From contig CAVSLC010000018.1 of the NCBI GenBank assembly GCA_963728565.1, forward strand, positions 84,192-148,191: a stretch of DNA of 64,000 nt, written 5' to 3'. The translations under genes and the position numbers were made by a program. The notes below the pieces were generated by a model that saw only the letters and a list, made by a program, of their open reading frames with translations, did not search any database and was not told the DNA's origin. This DNA is from an uncultured delta proteobacterium. Its GTDB lineage: Bacteria > Desulfobacterota > Binatia > UBA9968. Of this stretch, positions 50,159 to 59,073 are shown piece by piece. The first letter of the stretch is position 1; every line of letters begins with the position of its first letter.

Positions 50159-51019
50159 GTGGCATCCTGGGATATTCGGCAGATCGCGCTCTGTGAAGCG
50201 AAAGGAATATCCGTTCAGAAAGAGTCCCGGATTCTCGACTATGGCTGCGGGGCAGGTGGCCGTGTCTACCAGCTGATGGACGCTGGTTACCCCAATGCAT
50301 CTGGATATGATGTGCTCGACTACCTTAAACTCCGCGACCCGGCAGACCGCAAGCGGTTTCATATTGCGCCGGATGGTCGGATACCTGTGGCTAACGATAG
50401 TTTCGACTTTGTCTTTAGCGATCAAGTTTTCGAGCATGTACTTGACCAAGCAATGGCTTGGCAGGAGGTCATACGGGTGCTTAAGCCGGGCGGTGTCAGC
50501 GTGCATGTAATTCCCGCGAAGTGGCAAGTTATCGAACCGCACATCAAGGTGCCGTTCGGCGGGTTGCGGTTGCTCAAAAAGCGTCCTTATTACATGCTGT
50601 GGGCGATTCTCGGTATTCGAAATGAATTTCAGAATGGTCTTTCCGCTCGCGAGGTGGCTGCCCGCAACTATCACTATGCACATACAGGCCTCAATTACTG
50701 GAGTTCGCGACAATACAGGCAGCTTTTTAATAGGCTGCCGATAAGGTGGAGCTGGGAAGAGGTTGCGTATATGGAGGCGAGCTACAAGCCTCGCATACGG
50801 CAGTTGGCGCACTTGGCACGGCGGGTGCCACTAATACCAACCGTTATTCGGACTCTCTGGGTCCGAATACTATTTCTGGTCAAGACTGGTAATGGGGAGG
50901 AATGCGCTGCGGTGCATCGCCGCCGCGCGCAAGTCGCGGTGGCGTCGGAAACACTCGGTGACAGTTCCTTTAGTTGCCGAAGCGGTGAACGGGAGAAAAA
51001 ATTCAATCTGCAGAGTTGA
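50159..51019 (+). CDS. Class I SAM-dependent methyltransferase
   Basis: ILDYGCGAG, SFDFVFSDQVFEHV, RVLKPGG. Confidence 0.9.
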   Translation: MASWDIRQIALCEAKGISVQKESRILDYGCGAGGRVYQLMDAGYPNASGYDVLDYLKLRDPADRKRFHIAPDGRIPVANDSFDFVFSDQVFEHVLDQAMAWQEVIRVLKPGGVSVHVIPAKWQVIEPHIKVPFGGLRLLKKRPYYMLWAILGIRNEFQNGLSAREVAARNYHYAHTGLNYWSSRQYRQLFNRLPIRWSWEEVAYMEASYKPRIRQLAHLARRVPLIPTVIRTLWVRILFLVKTGNGEECAAVHRRRAQVAVASETLGDSSFSCRSGEREKKFNLQS

Positions 51020-51080
51020 TTTCCGAAGTACCTCTGAAAACCTTTTCGCAGCCCCAACAAACGATCGCTGAGAAACTCGC

Positions 51081-51956
51081 GTGAATGCGATTATCACTGC
51101 AGCGACAGGCTATAGCGAAGCTGATCTGCAGCCTTTTTTACGTTCAGTGGATCGCGCCTGCCCGGAGAGCAAACTGTTTCTGATCGTGTACAAGCGGGAT
51201 CTTGCGCGAGTGGAGACGTTGCGTTCTAAGTTTCCTTTCGTGGAGCCTGTCTATGTGCGGCGTAAGTTGAACCGGGGAGGCAAGATATATCGATGGATCG
51301 CTCGACGTTTCATTGACGAGGATTATCTAAAATGCGGCTTGTTTTGGAGAAGCTTGGGCAGGTATTCACTTCACATCATGTTGGACCGGTTTTTTCTGGC
51401 TTTAGAGCTCGTCCAGGCTCATCGAAATTTATTCGCGAACGTATTGTTAACAGATAGCCGTGATGTAGTGTTCCAGCGAAATCCGTTTACGCGGATTGGC
51501 CAAGGTTTGGTGTCGGGTCTAGAGGAGAAGACAATCGGCGATTGCTCGGTGAATTCCGATTGGATAACACAGGTGTACGGAACCGACGTTCATAACACCC
51601 TGTCGAAGCGCAGGATCGTCTGCGCTGGAGTTACATTGGGACCCGTCCGGGAAGTGGAGCGGTACTTAGTTGCGATGTGCGGCGAAATCTGGAGACGTTT
51701 ATCCAAGGTCGCGCTTATCGCGCAGTACGATCAGGGAATTCATAATTACTTGATCTACAGCGGCAGAATCAATCTGGATCTGACAGATAATCGGGCCGGC
51801 ATCATTGCCACCCTGCACTATGAGAATCCCAGCAACATTCAAATCGATTATACCGCGGGTATGGTTAAGGTGCAGGGGCGAGCGCCTGCGATGCTTCATC
51901 AATACGATCGGCATCGTAATTTGGCCGCCTTTGTCAGAGAGAGACTCGCAAATTAG
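51081..51956 (+). CDS. Putative GT-A-like glycosyltransferase (uncharacterised family)
   Basis: VLLTDSRDVVFQRNPF, CAGVTLG, DQGIHNYL, HQYDR; located inside the polysaccharide locus. Confidence 0.6.
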   Translation: MNAIITAATGYSEADLQPFLRSVDRACPESKLFLIVYKRDLARVETLRSKFPFVEPVYVRRKLNRGGKIYRWIARRFIDEDYLKCGLFWRSLGRYSLHIMLDRFFLALELVQAHRNLFANVLLTDSRDVVFQRNPFTRIGQGLVSGLEEKTIGDCSVNSDWITQVYGTDVHNTLSKRRIVCAGVTLGPVREVERYLVAMCGEIWRRLSKVALIAQYDQGIHNYLIYSGRINLDLTDNRAGIIATLHYENPSNIQIDYTAGMVKVQGRAPAMLHQYDRHRNLAAFVRERLAN

Positions 51957-52124
51957 TACCGACCATGTATGTAGTGATGGCAAGACGTTCTGGTAAACAG
52001 TCTTCCCGCTGAACTCATCTCCGTGCTATTTCGATCCGGGTTGTGATCTCATTCATCAAAGGCAGCACAGTGCTGACGGCCGATTGATCACCCGCTATCA
52101 ACGCGAGTCCTGGAAAGTCATTTC

Positions 52125-53438
52125 GTGATGATTCGTTTTAAGGCTTTTGCGTTTACTTTTTTGCTATTCGTTTGCTCTATTTTTATCACCGCACTTGCAT
52201 TGGAAGCCTGGCTAGCCTTGGCCCAGATCAACACCAAATCGTATGGGAGACATGTTCCCGGCAAGGGAGGCACTTACATGCCGGGTGCGTACTACCGACA
52301 TACCAAGGAGGGTTTTTCTGAAGGCTATTTCAATTCCCACGGGTTTCGTGACTACGAAAGGACGTATAAAAAGGAACCCAACAGTTTTCGAATACTTGTG
52401 CTCGGGGATTCCTATGTCGAAGCGCTGCAGGTAGCGCTTCAGAATTCTTTTCCCGCGCTTCTGGAGAAAAGGCTTAATGAGGGTTCGAATTCAATCGAGT
52501 TCGAAGTGTTGAACCTGGGGCAGTCGGGTTTTGGCACTGTTGACGAGTATATGAGATACCTGAACTTTGGCGTCGAGTACTCTCCCGATCTAGTCATTGT
52601 AGCTTTTCTGACCGGAAATGATTTCCAGGACAATTCCAAGTTCCTGAACCATCAACCGAAGTTCTATTTTGTCTTCGATGACCACGGAAATCTTGTGCTC
52701 GATCGTTCTCTATTCGAGGAGTACGAGAAGAGTCTGACGCTTGCGAAAAGGGCTTTTCAAGCTATCAAACGACAATCTTACCTGGCAAGCTTAATCTCGG
52801 AACGCTTGTACCTTCTAAGAGTTCGGCTCCAGGATGATTTTTATCGCAGTCTGCTGGCGCGGCATGAGCCAACCGGGTCCGGCGCTAGGCTCGATCCGTT
52901 TTCATCTATCAATATTTATTCGACCAGCATGTCCGAGCATTGGAAAGAGGCCTTCGCCATTACCGCAGGCATCTTGCGCAAATTCAAGCACACTGTCGAA
53001 TCGAACGGCAGTGGCTTTGTACTCGTGACACTCTCGAACGCCGAGCAAGTGCACCCTGAGATGCAGCAAACACTTAAAGAGAAATACGGTAATGCGATCG
53101 ATTTCGAACAGCCGGACCGCTTCATCGAGGAGGTCGCCAAAAGAGAGCATATAGAGTACCTGAAGTTGATGCCCACTTTTCGCGAATACCACCTTCGAAC
53201 CGGGAAATACCTTCATGGCTTTGGAGATGGAAAGGGAGGGCATTGGAACGAAGATGGCCACCGTCTAGCCGCAGAAAAAATTTTTGAGTTCTTAACGGAA
53301 AAACAGCTTGTAACCGCCGTTACTGCTCAAAACAGTCATAACCCAAATGGTTTTGCGGCACGAGCCAGTGCGACCCCGCCACTGCAACAACCCGAACTGC
53401 AGCAATGCCGCTTCAGTAGACAAATAAGTTGTCTATAA
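52125..53438 (+). CDS. SGNH/GDSL hydrolase-fold protein (AlgJ/AlgX-like O-acyltransferase or esterase) with N-terminal TM
   Basis: VLGDSYVE, LNLGQSG, GNDFQD, GHWNEDGH. Confidence 0.85.
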   Translation: MMIRFKAFAFTFLLFVCSIFITALALEAWLALAQINTKSYGRHVPGKGGTYMPGAYYRHTKEGFSEGYFNSHGFRDYERTYKKEPNSFRILVLGDSYVEALQVALQNSFPALLEKRLNEGSNSIEFEVLNLGQSGFGTVDEYMRYLNFGVEYSPDLVIVAFLTGNDFQDNSKFLNHQPKFYFVFDDHGNLVLDRSLFEEYEKSLTLAKRAFQAIKRQSYLASLISERLYLLRVRLQDDFYRSLLARHEPTGSGARLDPFSSINIYSTSMSEHWKEAFAITAGILRKFKHTVESNGSGFVLVTLSNAEQVHPEMQQTLKEKYGNAIDFEQPDRFIEEVAKREHIEYLKLMPTFREYHLRTGKYLHGFGDGKGGHWNEDGHRLAAEKIFEFLTEKQLVTAVTAQNSHNPNGFAARASATPPLQQPELQQCRFSRQISCL

Positions 53439-53478
53439 CGAACGGAGTTCGTGGTTATCAACAAAACCGGGGCTTCAT

Positions 53479-54315
53479 ATGGAATTCTGTATTCGAGACG
53501 ACGACACGAGCTACTTCACCTCGCCGGAAGAGTTAGACGAGGTATATGGCGAGATAGCTCGTCATGGTCCAGTTTCATTGGCGGTCGTACCTTATCATCG
53601 CGCCGGTACCAGCGGTTGTGTGCCCGAGCGATATCGCATGCGTGGCACCGTACATCCCCTCCACGAAAATAAGTCGCTAGTAAAATACCTGCGCGACGGG
53701 ATTTCCAGAGGACGATTCGAAGTCATGCTTCACGGCTATCATCACGATGAATTAGATGGACGGGCAGAATTCAGCAATCGCTATGACCTTAACCAGCGAG
53801 TATCGCACGGCCGTAAATATCTCGAAGATCTACTGGGAGCACAAGTTCGGGTTTTCGTTCCGCCTGGGAATACCATTGGAGCCGCTGGTCTAAGTGCAAT
53901 AGCACGCGAGGGCCTCCATCTCGGCGGAACGGCTGGGGTTCGCGCAGGTTGGTCTCCTATAGCGCCGGCAACCTGGAAAACATGGATGCGCCTCAGGCAC
54001 ATGGCGTCATAAGCGGTGGAATGGGAGTACCCTGGATCCTGGATCTGGGAGATCATCGCGAGATTCCAAGGAAACGCGGTAACGCCGGCAGCTAGCTTCA
54101 AAGATAACCAGGCGAGGTTCCAGACAGCGCTGGCCATGGGCGGCGTTTTTTGCCTTGCGACTCATTATTGGGAAATGAAGGCCGCGAGTGTTCATGATGG
54201 GGCGCCGCCAGTAGGCGAGCACCTGCGTCACATGGTCGAATTGGCTGCGTCAACGCCTGAGGTTGTCTGGCGCTCGGTCGGCGACGTCGTCTCCAACAGC
54301 AAATTTGTGATCTAA
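53479..54315 (+). pseudogene. Polysaccharide deacetylase (DUF2334/CE4-like) interrupted by three single-base insertions
   Basis: IRDDD, MLHGYHH, FVPPGN, ATHYWE. Removing extra A's at about 54001, 54011 and 54069 gives one continuous reading RLRHWRHSGGMGVPWILDLGDHREIPGNAVTP. Confidence 0.75.
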
Positions 54316-54316
54316 T

Positions 54317-56173
54317 ATGTGTGGTCTTGTAGCAATTTTGGGGTCTGATCCAACGCTGCCTCAGCGCTGGGGCAGGAAACGCCTGCTCGACTCGATCGCA
54401 CATCGGGGTCCTGACGCGGAAGGAGAATGGCATGAAGGAGGGGTATACCTCGGCCATCGGCGGCTTTCCATCATCGATCTCGCAACCGGCAATCAGCCGA
54501 TGGAAAGCTGGGATGGTCGTTATGTGATCGTCTTCAACGGCGAGATCTACAATTTTCTCGAGCTGCGGGAGCTTCTCAGCGCCCAGGGGGCTACATTCAG
54601 AACGCGTTCCGACACAGAGGTCATTATCGAAAGTTACCGCAAGTGGGGCGCAACGGCCGTCGATCGACTGCATGGAATGTTTGCGTTTGTCATATGGGAT
54701 CGCCATCGGCGTGTGGCATTCGCTGCTCGCGATCGGCTCGGTATCAAGCCGCTTTGCTGGGCTTCCGTTCCGGGAGCGATTCTTATCGCCTCCACGCTTG
54801 AACCCTTTTCAGCGATCGGTTCGTTTCGCGATATCGATTTGGAAGCGGTTCGCGATCTCATGGTTTACGATTATATTCTAGCGCCGCGGACAATTTTCAA
54901 AAAGGTTCACAAACTCGAACCCGGCTCAAGAATGGAGTGGTCGTTGAACCAGCCTGAACCGTTGATCCAGCGCTATTGGTCAGCGCCTCTCATATCCGAT
55001 AATTTTACACCTCCTGAGCCGGAAGAGCTGGAGAGCTTGCTTGGTAATGCAGTAAGACGCCAGATGATCAGCGATGTACCCATCGGGGTCTTTTTGTCGG
55101 GCGGCATCGATTCGTCACTAATAGTCGCGCTGATGGCGCGTCACTCAAGCAGGCCCGTACGGACGTTTTCCGTCGGTTTCAAAGAAGGGGCCGTGGATGA
55201 ATCGCCGATAGCGAAAACGGTAGCACAACAATACGGCACCGATCACACCGTGCTCTATGGGGAAGAAGTGGGCGCGGAAGAACTGTTGGAACTGCTGGCA
55301 CGCCTTGATGAGCCATTCTGCGATCCTGCCTTTGTACCAACGTACGCACTTTCATTGTTGACGAGGCAGCACGTCAAAGTAGCGCTTTCCGGCGATGGCG
55401 GTGATGAGGTATTCGGGGGGTATCCGAAATATCTCAACGCGGAGAATGTTCAGTTGCCGCTGCCATTTTCATCGTGGGTCGGACCGCTGTTGAGAAGGAC
55501 AATGTGGCGACCACGAGGGATGGATCGACTTTATTGGCGAACACTTGAACCCAACGATCAGCTTCAGTACGGATGGGTACACTACGGGGATTTTCCCGTT
55601 TTTCGCAAAGATCTACGGCAGTTGTTGAGTACTGACTTTCACAGCGCGGCCAAGATCGAGGATTATTTCAAACCATGGCAGATGAGAGCGGGCCGCTATG
55701 GGACTGGCTTTGACACGGACGTAGTTATGCGCGCCGATCTCGACACCTATCTCAGCGAAAACTGCTTGGTAAAGACGGATCGGGCGAGCATGCTCGCGTC
55801 ACTAGAGGTCCGCGTCCCTTATCTTGACGAGACCGTGCTCGATCGTGTTCTTCCTCTTCCGGCAAGCGCTAAGATTTGCAACAAACAATTAAAGGCTCTT
55901 CTGCTGCCTGTTGCTCAACGCCTTCTGCCCAGAGCTGTTTGGGATCGGCCGAAGCAGGGCTTCGGCGTACCGTTCAGCTTAAGGCTCTCGGGCGCTTGGG
56001 GATCCGCTCTCGATGCGGCATTAAGTTGGGGAGAATCCAATCTGGAGATTTTTGATTATGGGTACCTCCGTCGACTTCAAAGGATCAATGCCAGCAAAGG
56101 AGGAGCCGGTATGGCCCTGTGGAATCCGTTTGTATTTCTATCGTGGTCCATGGCGCATTCCTTTCGGCTATGA
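54317..56173 (+). CDS. asnB: Asparagine synthase (glutamine-hydrolysing) family amidotransferase
   Basis: N-terminal MCG, HRGPD, LGHRRLSIID, FNGEIYN, LSGGIDSS, SGDGGDEVFGGY, RPKQGF. Confidence 0.92.
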   Translation: MCGLVAILGSDPTLPQRWGRKRLLDSIAHRGPDAEGEWHEGGVYLGHRRLSIIDLATGNQPMESWDGRYVIVFNGEIYNFLELRELLSAQGATFRTRSDTEVIIESYRKWGATAVDRLHGMFAFVIWDRHRRVAFAARDRLGIKPLCWASVPGAILIASTLEPFSAIGSFRDIDLEAVRDLMVYDYILAPRTIFKKVHKLEPGSRMEWSLNQPEPLIQRYWSAPLISDNFTPPEPEELESLLGNAVRRQMISDVPIGVFLSGGIDSSLIVALMARHSSRPVRTFSVGFKEGAVDESPIAKTVAQQYGTDHTVLYGEEVGAEELLELLARLDEPFCDPAFVPTYALSLLTRQHVKVALSGDGGDEVFGGYPKYLNAENVQLPLPFSSWVGPLLRRTMWRPRGMDRLYWRTLEPNDQLQYGWVHYGDFPVFRKDLRQLLSTDFHSAAKIEDYFKPWQMRAGRYGTGFDTDVVMRADLDTYLSENCLVKTDRASMLASLEVRVPYLDETVLDRVLPLPASAKICNKQLKALLLPVAQRLLPRAVWDRPKQGFGVPFSLRLSGAWGSALDAALSWGESNLEIFDYGYLRRLQRINASKGGAGMALWNPFVFLSWSMAHSFRL

Positions 56174-57294
56174 AGATCGTTTTCCTCAATGACCTGATCT
56201 ATGCGTATGCGACAGGCGCGCCTTCGGCCGTGGGCGGAGCGGAGCGGCAACAGTGGCTTCTGGCGCGCGCGCTTGCAGCAGCCGGATGGCAAGTCACGGT
56301 AGGCGTTAAGCGAGCCGAAGAATGTCAACGGAAAATCAGCATTGAGGGAGTTGAGTTCGTCAACATTGGTCAAAAACATTTCTTACGGGCTTGGTATCGC
56401 TTTTTATCATCCGAACAGCCGGACTGGTGGTACTGGCGATGCGCGAGCCACCTTTTAGGTTTCGCGGTTCTGATAGCAAAGTTTGCCAGAGTTCGCATAA
56501 TCTTTGCAGTCGGGTTTGATAGTGATGTTAAGGTACGCCATGCGCTGTTTAGTCGTTCTAAATGGTGGCCGCTTTACGGTCTTGGCCTTTCTCTAGCCAA
56601 CAGGATACTGGTTCAAAACGAAAAGCAATTTGAAAGCCTTCCGCGAAGATGGCGTTCAAAAACAAAGAAAGTTCCAAGCATCACGCCCATAATCGAACGC
56701 GTAATGCCGCACATCGAGAGGCCTCACTACGTCGCCTGGATAGCTATGTTACGGAAATTCAAACGTCCCGACTTGTTGGCTGAAATTGCTCGCCGAGCAC
56801 CTGACATTCGGTTTGTGGTTTGTGGCGGGACGACAACCTTTACCGCTGAGCCGGGATACGGGGAAGCCATTGTCGAGGCTCTCCAGTCGTTGCCGAATGT
56901 GGAATATCGCGGTCAGGTCTCGCCGGATGAAGCTTCGCAGATTATTGCCCATGCGGCTTTGTTTCTTTCCACGTCCGACGAGGAAGGATTTCCGAATACG
57001 TTCCTACAAGCATGGTCCGCCGGCACCCCCGTGGTCAGCTTAAGAATAGACCCGGATCAGATAATAGAACGTCACGCGCTAGGGAAGGTTTCCTGTACGG
57101 CCGAACAAGCGATTGTCGATATCAAGCAGTTGATAGGTTCTCCGGAAGCGCGAGAGGGTATTTCTTCTCGTGCCAGGCGATATGTAGCAAATAATCACAG
57201 TTCTGCTGCTGTCGTCGCAATGTTCGAAGCTGGCACGCGTCGTAGTCTTTCGCCTGAAGCTTTGCAGACTCATTCCGCGAGTGTAGTTCGCTAG
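56170..57294 (+). CDS. Glycosyltransferase family 4
   Basis: MKIVFL, VGGAERQ, KRPDL, EGFPNTFLQAW; ATGA overlap with asnB. Confidence 0.9.
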   Translation: MKIVFLNDLIYAYATGAPSAVGGAERQQWLLARALAAAGWQVTVGVKRAEECQRKISIEGVEFVNIGQKHFLRAWYRFLSSEQPDWWYWRCASHLLGFAVLIAKFARVRIIFAVGFDSDVKVRHALFSRSKWWPLYGLGLSLANRILVQNEKQFESLPRRWRSKTKKVPSITPIIERVMPHIERPHYVAWIAMLRKFKRPDLLAEIARRAPDIRFVVCGGTTTFTAEPGYGEAIVEALQSLPNVEYRGQVSPDEASQIIAHAALFLSTSDEEGFPNTFLQAWSAGTPVVSLRIDPDQIIERHALGKVSCTAEQAIVDIKQLIGSPEAREGISSRARRYVANNHSSAAVVAMFEAGTRRSLSPEALQTHSASVVR

Positions 57295-57316
57295 CTGACG
57301 TGAGGCGACTCGCCGG

Positions 57317-58504
57317 ATGAAAGTTTTGATCCTTCACTCAGAACTCGGCGTCCTTAGGGGTGGTGGGGAAAATTTCACGAGAAGTTTGTTTACTGCGTTT
57401 GCCGAAAGAGGCCACCAGATAGATGCAGCGTTTGTCGCAGACATTTTCCAGAGATATCCCATTCCACTCCCGGCCGGTATTCGGCCGATTCCCATGGCCG
57501 GCTGGTGGTGGCGAGATCTTGCGCAACATGAGCTGTCGGCGGTAGGCCGTTGGATACCGAGGGAAACCCGGCTGCATAGGGAGTGGGATCGTATTCAACA
57601 GGGCGTGGCCTGGCGTAGTTTTAAGTGGCATAGTGCACGTTTCAAGCACCGCGTCCAGCGCCGGTTTAAAAAGCATTGGTCACATTTTGATGCGGCGTAT
57701 GTACATGGCGACCCAGTCCTGGCAAGCGAAGTTGCGCATAACATCCCGACAACCTTGTTTCTACCGGGGCCGGTAAGCGCTGAACTCGCTCCGAATCTGC
57801 TTGCAACCCAGGCTGTATGCTCTAATGGCGACGCTTTATTACAGATACGAAGATTCCTGGGGAACCACGCTATCGAGCTTCCGGTCGGTCTCGATCATCA
57901 CATGTTTAAGCCGGGTCCGACGACAGTTCGTCAAAGATTGAGATGGTCCGAGAATGATCCGGTCATCGGTTACGTCGGACGCTTACACCATATAAAAGGT
58001 GTGGATCTTCTTGCGAGTGCATTCCGACACATCGTTAAATCCATGCCGCATGCGAGACTGCTAATAGTTGGCTCGGGCAACGAGGAAAAAAATATCCGAT
58101 TAGAATTATCAGATGAAATCTCACGAGGAGTTGTTCATCTGGAACGCGACGTGGACCATGAACAACTGTCGGCATGGTATCGCGCCATGGATCTTGTGGT
58201 GATGCCAAGTAGATATGAGAACTTTTCGAACACCCTTCTCGAAGGAATGGCTTGTGAGAAGCCATTCTTGGGCGCCGATGTCGGAGGCAACAGAATGATG
58301 GCAGAAACGGGCGCTGGTTGGCTGTTTGAACCGCAATCTGCCTCATCCCTTACTTCATCTCTTCGTGACATACTGGAAAACAAACCTGAGATGATAGCTC
58401 GCGGAAAAGCCGGCAGGTGTTATGTCCGAAAATATCATAGCTGGGCTTCCAGTGCTGAATGTTTGGAAGGCATCATTAACTCTCATTTGAGTGCAACCGA
58501 GTAA
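57317..58504 (+). CDS. Glycosyltransferase family 4
   Basis: RGGGE, YVGRLHHIKGVD, MPSRYENFSNTLLEGMA, DVGG. Confidence 0.92.
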   Translation: MKVLILHSELGVLRGGGENFTRSLFTAFAERGHQIDAAFVADIFQRYPIPLPAGIRPIPMAGWWWRDLAQHELSAVGRWIPRETRLHREWDRIQQGVAWRSFKWHSARFKHRVQRRFKKHWSHFDAAYVHGDPVLASEVAHNIPTTLFLPGPVSAELAPNLLATQAVCSNGDALLQIRRFLGNHAIELPVGLDHHMFKPGPTTVRQRLRWSENDPVIGYVGRLHHIKGVDLLASAFRHIVKSMPHARLLIVGSGNEEKNIRLELSDEISRGVVHLERDVDHEQLSAWYRAMDLVVMPSRYENFSNTLLEGMACEKPFLGADVGGNRMMAETGAGWLFEPQSASSLTSSLRDILENKPEMIARGKAGRCYVRKYHSWASSAECLEGIINSHLSATE

Positions 58505-58506
58505 GT

Positions 58507-59073
58507 ATGCAGCGGCCAGAGATATACGCGCAGCCAATCGGTCTGAAGCATTCTTCCGCTTGGACACCCCCATGGATGGTTGAGGCAGGCTATTATCTGT
58601 ATTTGTTTCATGCGGTATTTGGGTCGCTTTGGGGCATATCGGTGCCGCTCATAGGTGGAGGTGCGATCGCGGGGTTGGCCGCTATCTGCCTGTGGAGACT
58701 CAAATCCGAGCTGAAGAAACTGCTATCGCCAATCGCTCTGCTACTTGGATGCGCCATCTCATTCATAGTAATACAGATCGTCTTCCACGAGGAATCTATA
58801 ACCGGTGATTCCGTTCGAAGCTTCGTGATTTGGATCCTGGGCCTTGTTTTGGTTCGATCGCTTTGCCTACGCCCGGGTCTTGGACACCGATTTACGCTTG
58901 TACTTTTCACTATTGGGCTAATAACCTTGCCGTACATAGGATTCAAGGTAGATGCTGATAGAGCTTATGTTGCCGAGGCGGTTTCTGGTAATTTGTCAAA
59001 CGCAAATGGCCTCGGTGAGTGGTTCGGCTTCTGTGCGGTCTATTTCGCGGTGGTAGGCCTGGAGACCACCAGG
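58507..59073 (+). CDS. N-terminal part of an O-antigen ligase/Wzy polymerase-like membrane protein, truncated at the junction
   Basis: Multiple TM helices and NANGLG (NxNxLG-like); the frame ends a few codons after the sequence changes character. Confidence 0.6.

Noticed and set aside
54010-54012. Stop-codon readthrough or recoding in the deacetylase
   Set aside because: The stop is TAA, and three compensating insertions explain it better.
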